DNA from: Candidatus Latescibacterota bacterium | GTDB lineage: Bacteria > Latescibacterota > UBA2968 > SICM01 | Assembly (NCBI GenBank): GCA_965217865.1 | Contig: CBDCJO010000002.1 | Location: forward strand, 2,016,001-2,080,000 | Reading direction: 5' to 3' | DNA length: 64,000 nt | Shown here: positions 60,972 to 64,000 of the stretch, piece by piece | Position numbering within the stretch: position 1 is the first letter of the stretch | How the letters are laid out: each line of letters opens with the position of its first letter | Notes under the pieces: generated by a model | Database searches by the model: none | Seen by the model: the letters and a program-made list of their open reading frames with translations, nothing else | Told to the model about the DNA's origin: nothing | Program-made: the position numbers and the translations under genes

Positions 60972-61790
60972 TCAGTCCGCGGCGCTTCTTACAATACGCC
61001 GATAGATTTCAGTCTCCTCAAATGCTTCGAGGTCCCCCTCAAAGAAAATGATCTTGCCATGAATCGACGCACTTTCTCCGGGAGCCAGGTCCCCGATGAT
61101 CGGGTCCGCGTGCATACAGGGATGATTCGGATTCGCAACAATGGTGTGCGTATGTTCGAACCAGCTCATCGCAACCAGCTTTGGAGGTGTGGCCTGACCC
61201 ACCTGGTCTTGTCTGGAGACAAGCACCACGACTGGCAAATCGGCCAACCCTCTCCCCCCCTTCCATCCCACCCTGTATCTTCCCTCCTCCTCCGTGATGG
61301 CCCCTGTCTCGGCAAGGCTGACCCATCCGGTCTTGGGAACGTGGATGAATTTGTTGCTGTTGGTAAAGTCGGAAAACTCCCTGCTGCCTCGCAAGAATGC
61401 GCAGAATCGCGCCTTTGTGCCGGCCAGCGCCTCCGGGCTGTCGTTCACAACGTGAAACTCCATCCCTACGCTTGAGTCGTCGCGCTTCTCCAGTTTACCC
61501 CCGAAACGAATCCCGTTCGGAAGCATCCGATCAAAGTGTATCCCGTTCTCCTCCTGAATCCACTGGGCCCTGGGAAGATCCTGAAACAAAACGTCACTAT
61601 TGGATTTGTCATGGCTCAGATAAAGAGTATTGCGCTCCGTCTCAAATACCTCGGGAAAATCCAGCCAGATATAATCCTGGCTGGGCCACGAGGGACTTAT
61701 CCATGCGATCTGTTCGAACGGGTAATGCGGTCTCCACTGCCCCGGCAGGATCCTAATTCCCTTTGCGTGTGTGTAAAACGAATCAGGCAT
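60972..61790 (-). CDS. hypothetical protein
   Basis: 272 aa, GAGG RBS, co-oriented with neighbours. Confidence 0.65.
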   Translation of the reverse strand: MPDSFYTHAKGIRILPGQWRPHYPFEQIAWISPSWPSQDYIWLDFPEVFETERNTLYLSHDKSNSDVLFQDLPRAQWIQEENGIHFDRMLPNGIRFGGKLEKRDDSSVGMEFHVVNDSPEALAGTKARFCAFLRGSREFSDFTNSNKFIHVPKTGWVSLAETGAITEEEGRYRVGWKGGRGLADLPVVVLVSRQDQVGQATPPKLVAMSWFEHTHTIVANPNHPCMHADPIIGDLAPGESASIHGKIIFFEGDLEAFEETEIYRRIVRSAAD

Positions 61791-61883
61791 ATCATCTCAC
61801 CTCTAAACGCCCCAAACGGTCCAAGATCAGTCCCTTCTTGAAACCCTGAAACTTTGGACCCTTTACTGTTGGTTTCCTATTCA

Positions 61884-63107
61884 TCATTCATCCCTCATAA
61901 GCGCCAGGCACCTTTCATACACTTCGAACCGCTCCCCTTCCCTTTCCTCCGGGTCTACAAACTTAAACCAGAGCGCGCTTCCCGGTTTCTGATCGCTGAA
62001 TTCCCGGTGGCTCGTCCGATGCGAAGGGTCTCGGCCGTGCCAGACAACCTCCCCGTCCTGCAGATAGATGAACTCGCTCCGGAACCGGTCGATCATCTCC
62101 TCCGTCCGATCCCGATAGAGCAAACCCTGCTCGCACGCCGTCCGTCGAACCGTCGATACGATCTCCGGGGAATCGGACTCTGCCGAGTCGAAATCCGCGA
62201 GTGGAGCCTTCACCTCGCTTTCGAAGTCGATCTCATCCAGGTCCACGGTCCCGAATCCGCCCTGGGCGGCGACCAGCAGGGGATTGCGTTCACGCCGGAA
62301 CGGAGGCGCCGGCCAGTCGGACAAGGGATCGTGGCCCATCAGGTGGGCCCCGCAGGCATCCGTCGCCGTCACCTGGTCCCCCGCGATCAGCGCATCCGGG
62401 ACCCGGCCCTCACCCTCCCATTCCCATTCCGACTGACCTGTCAGCGCATCGATGATGTTCAGGCACGGCTGTGTGATCATCCCTAAGTCGGGCAGCATGT
62501 AGGAAAGCCGGATGGCGTGATGGAAATAAGTCCGAATGCGTCCGCCGGGTGCGTTCATTGGAGACATGCCGAACAGGTTCTTCATACAAAGCGTCACACC
62601 CATGAAATGGTGACTCTTCATCTTGGCGACGGAAACCACCGCATCCGCGTCCGAAAAACATGCGCTCAACAGATATTGGCCGAACATCATCCCCCCGCCC
62701 GGCACCCGGTAAATCTCGAACGGAGGCCTGTTCGAGTCCACGAAAGGAACGCCGAATTCTTTCAGGTGATGATCGAAGTTGAGGTTCGTCTGGCCGTCCG
62801 GCGAAGTGATCATCGTGTCCGTGACAACCAGTTCGGCATCCGTATGCTCCCTCAGGATGCGGAGCGTTGCCATGCAGACCGAGTCGTCGACAAGTTCCTG
62901 ACGTCGACCTTCGATATAAGTAATCCCGTAGGACGGCTTCATCATGTTGAACTTGATGACAACCTTCTTCGCCTTCTCGATCTTCTCCCACGACCGGGTA
63001 AGGGGGTCCGTGATACGCCTCAGGGTCCGGTAAACCTCCTCATCGGAGAAACGGTGGTCGCAGTGTGAGGCTCGCACTGTGTAAGACTGTTTATCCGAGG
63101 GGCTCAA
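61884..63107 (-). CDS. DUF362 domain protein
   Basis: VVIKFN, AKMKSH..GVTLCMKNLFG, IIDAL, VATDA-like VTATDA; probable TTG start 63107 after AGGAG. Confidence 0.8.
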   Translation of the reverse strand: MSPSDKQSYTVRASHCDHRFSDEEVYRTLRRITDPLTRSWEKIEKAKKVVIKFNMMKPSYGITYIEGRRQELVDDSVCMATLRILREHTDAELVVTDTMITSPDGQTNLNFDHHLKEFGVPFVDSNRPPFEIYRVPGGGMMFGQYLLSACFSDADAVVSVAKMKSHHFMGVTLCMKNLFGMSPMNAPGGRIRTYFHHAIRLSYMLPDLGMITQPCLNIIDALTGQSEWEWEGEGRVPDALIAGDQVTATDACGAHLMGHDPLSDWPAPPFRRERNPLLVAAQGGFGTVDLDEIDFESEVKAPLADFDSAESDSPEIVSTVRRTACEQGLLYRDRTEEMIDRFRSEFIYLQDGEVVWHGRDPSHRTSHREFSDQKPGSALWFKFVDPEEREGERFEVYERCLALMRDE

Positions 63108-63271
63108 AAGGTTTCTCCTTCCTGCGATCCGATGGACCCTTCCCTCCACTTCTCGGATCGTCTTAGCGATTCCCGATTCAAGCAATTTACAAATTGACTG
63201 GATTCATACGATCGAAGCCCAATATAATAAAATCCCGCGGCAAGAACTATGATGTTTGCCCGAAACCATAT

Positions 63272-63304
63272 AAAAAACGAGGGCACCGCGTGCCGTGCCC
63301 TTCG
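63272..63304 (-). terminator. rho-independent terminator-like hairpin
   Basis: Minus strand CGAAGGGCAC...GTGCCCTCG followed by T6. Confidence 0.45.
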
Positions 63305-63550
63305 CTGAAGATCTAAATCGATACTTGGCTACTCGGATCTTCGCCCTCGAGGTCGCGATTATCGCCCGATCGAGGTCCAGATCAGAGTTTGATCTGCCGT
63401 AAAGGGGTTGCCTGGAGCGACAACTCTTTATATCTATATGCCAGCTGTATACCAAGGCCGGAACTGTGGACATCAACTGCCCATTCGATGACGAGGCCTG
63501 ACATCTACGATAAGGCCGCGATTAAAACATACCCTTAATTCCAATTTCCC

Positions 63551-64000
63551 ATGACCAATGCCGCGTCTATGAAAGTCCCATCTCGAGTAGTGATCTGTGG
63601 CGGGGGTGTCATCGGGGCGTCGATCGCCTATTTTCTGAGCCTGAGGAACGTCGAGGCAATCGTGGTCGAGCGGACCCGTGTCGCCAATGCCGCATCGGGA
63701 AAATCGGGTGGTTTTCTGGCGCTCGACTGGTGCCGCGGCACGCCCGTCGATGCCCTAGCCAGGCGGAGCTTCGCACTCCACGGGGAATTGGCATCGACCC
63801 TCGGAGCCGAGCTGAACCTGGATTGGGGGTACCGCAGGCTGGACACCTTGAGCGTTGCCGCCAGCGAGCAGCGGGACTTCAGCGCCCTGGCTCGCATGGA
63901 ATCTCCGAGTTGGCTCGGGCCCAGGGCGGCCGTACACGCCAAGATCGGCACCGAGAAGACCACGGCCCAGGTGCACCCGGCCCAGTTCACGCAGGGCATG
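63551..64000 (+). CDS. FAD-dependent oxidoreductase (DAO family), runs off the window end
   Basis: VVICGGGVIGASIAYFL...VVER...ASGKSGGFLALDW; not in the ORF track because it has no stop in the window. Confidence 0.85.
   Translation, partial: MTNAASMKVPSRVVICGGGVIGASIAYFLSLRNVEAIVVERTRVANAASGKSGGFLALDWCRGTPVDALARRSFALHGELASTLGAELNLDWGYRRLDTLSVAASEQRDFSALARMESPSWLGPRAAVHAKIGTEKTTAQVHPAQFTQGM

Noticed and set aside
63204-63476. 90-aa minus-strand ORF or ncRNA before the hairpin
   Set aside because: No recognisable motif, RBS or RNA family; the ORF runs through the terminator-like hairpin.

Overview
GC-rich bacterial chromosomal segment. The gene content (paired DUF6785-type membrane proteins, many BNR/sialidase-like, PhyH and Gfo/Idh/MocA genes, heptamer-repeat intergenic tracts) suggests a Latescibacterota/Poribacteria-like lineage; this is inference only. 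1-15 kb holds metabolic genes (class I fumarase, amidohydrolase, two Zn dehydrogenases, M28 peptidase, DASS transporter, methyltransferase, PafA-type phosphatase, hisN-like phosphatase, tautomerase, MOSC, Gfo/Idh/MocA). 15-20 kb is an accessory patch: related perfect palindromes, a chimeric TPR gene with a structured leader, and a degenerate integron-like element not in the ORF track (integrase remnant, attI-like site, phosphotransferase cassette, attC). 21-33.5 kb holds purM, a hydantoinase/oxoprolinase pair, envC-ftsX-ftsE and a SurA-like PPIase. 33.5-63 kb is a co-oriented, paralog-rich putative glycan/glycoconjugate catabolic locus interrupted by an IS200. About five genes carry frameshifts, several at homopolymers, probably assembly errors. 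No rRNA, tRNA or CRISPR array was seen. All family assignments come from motif recognition by eye, not database searches.
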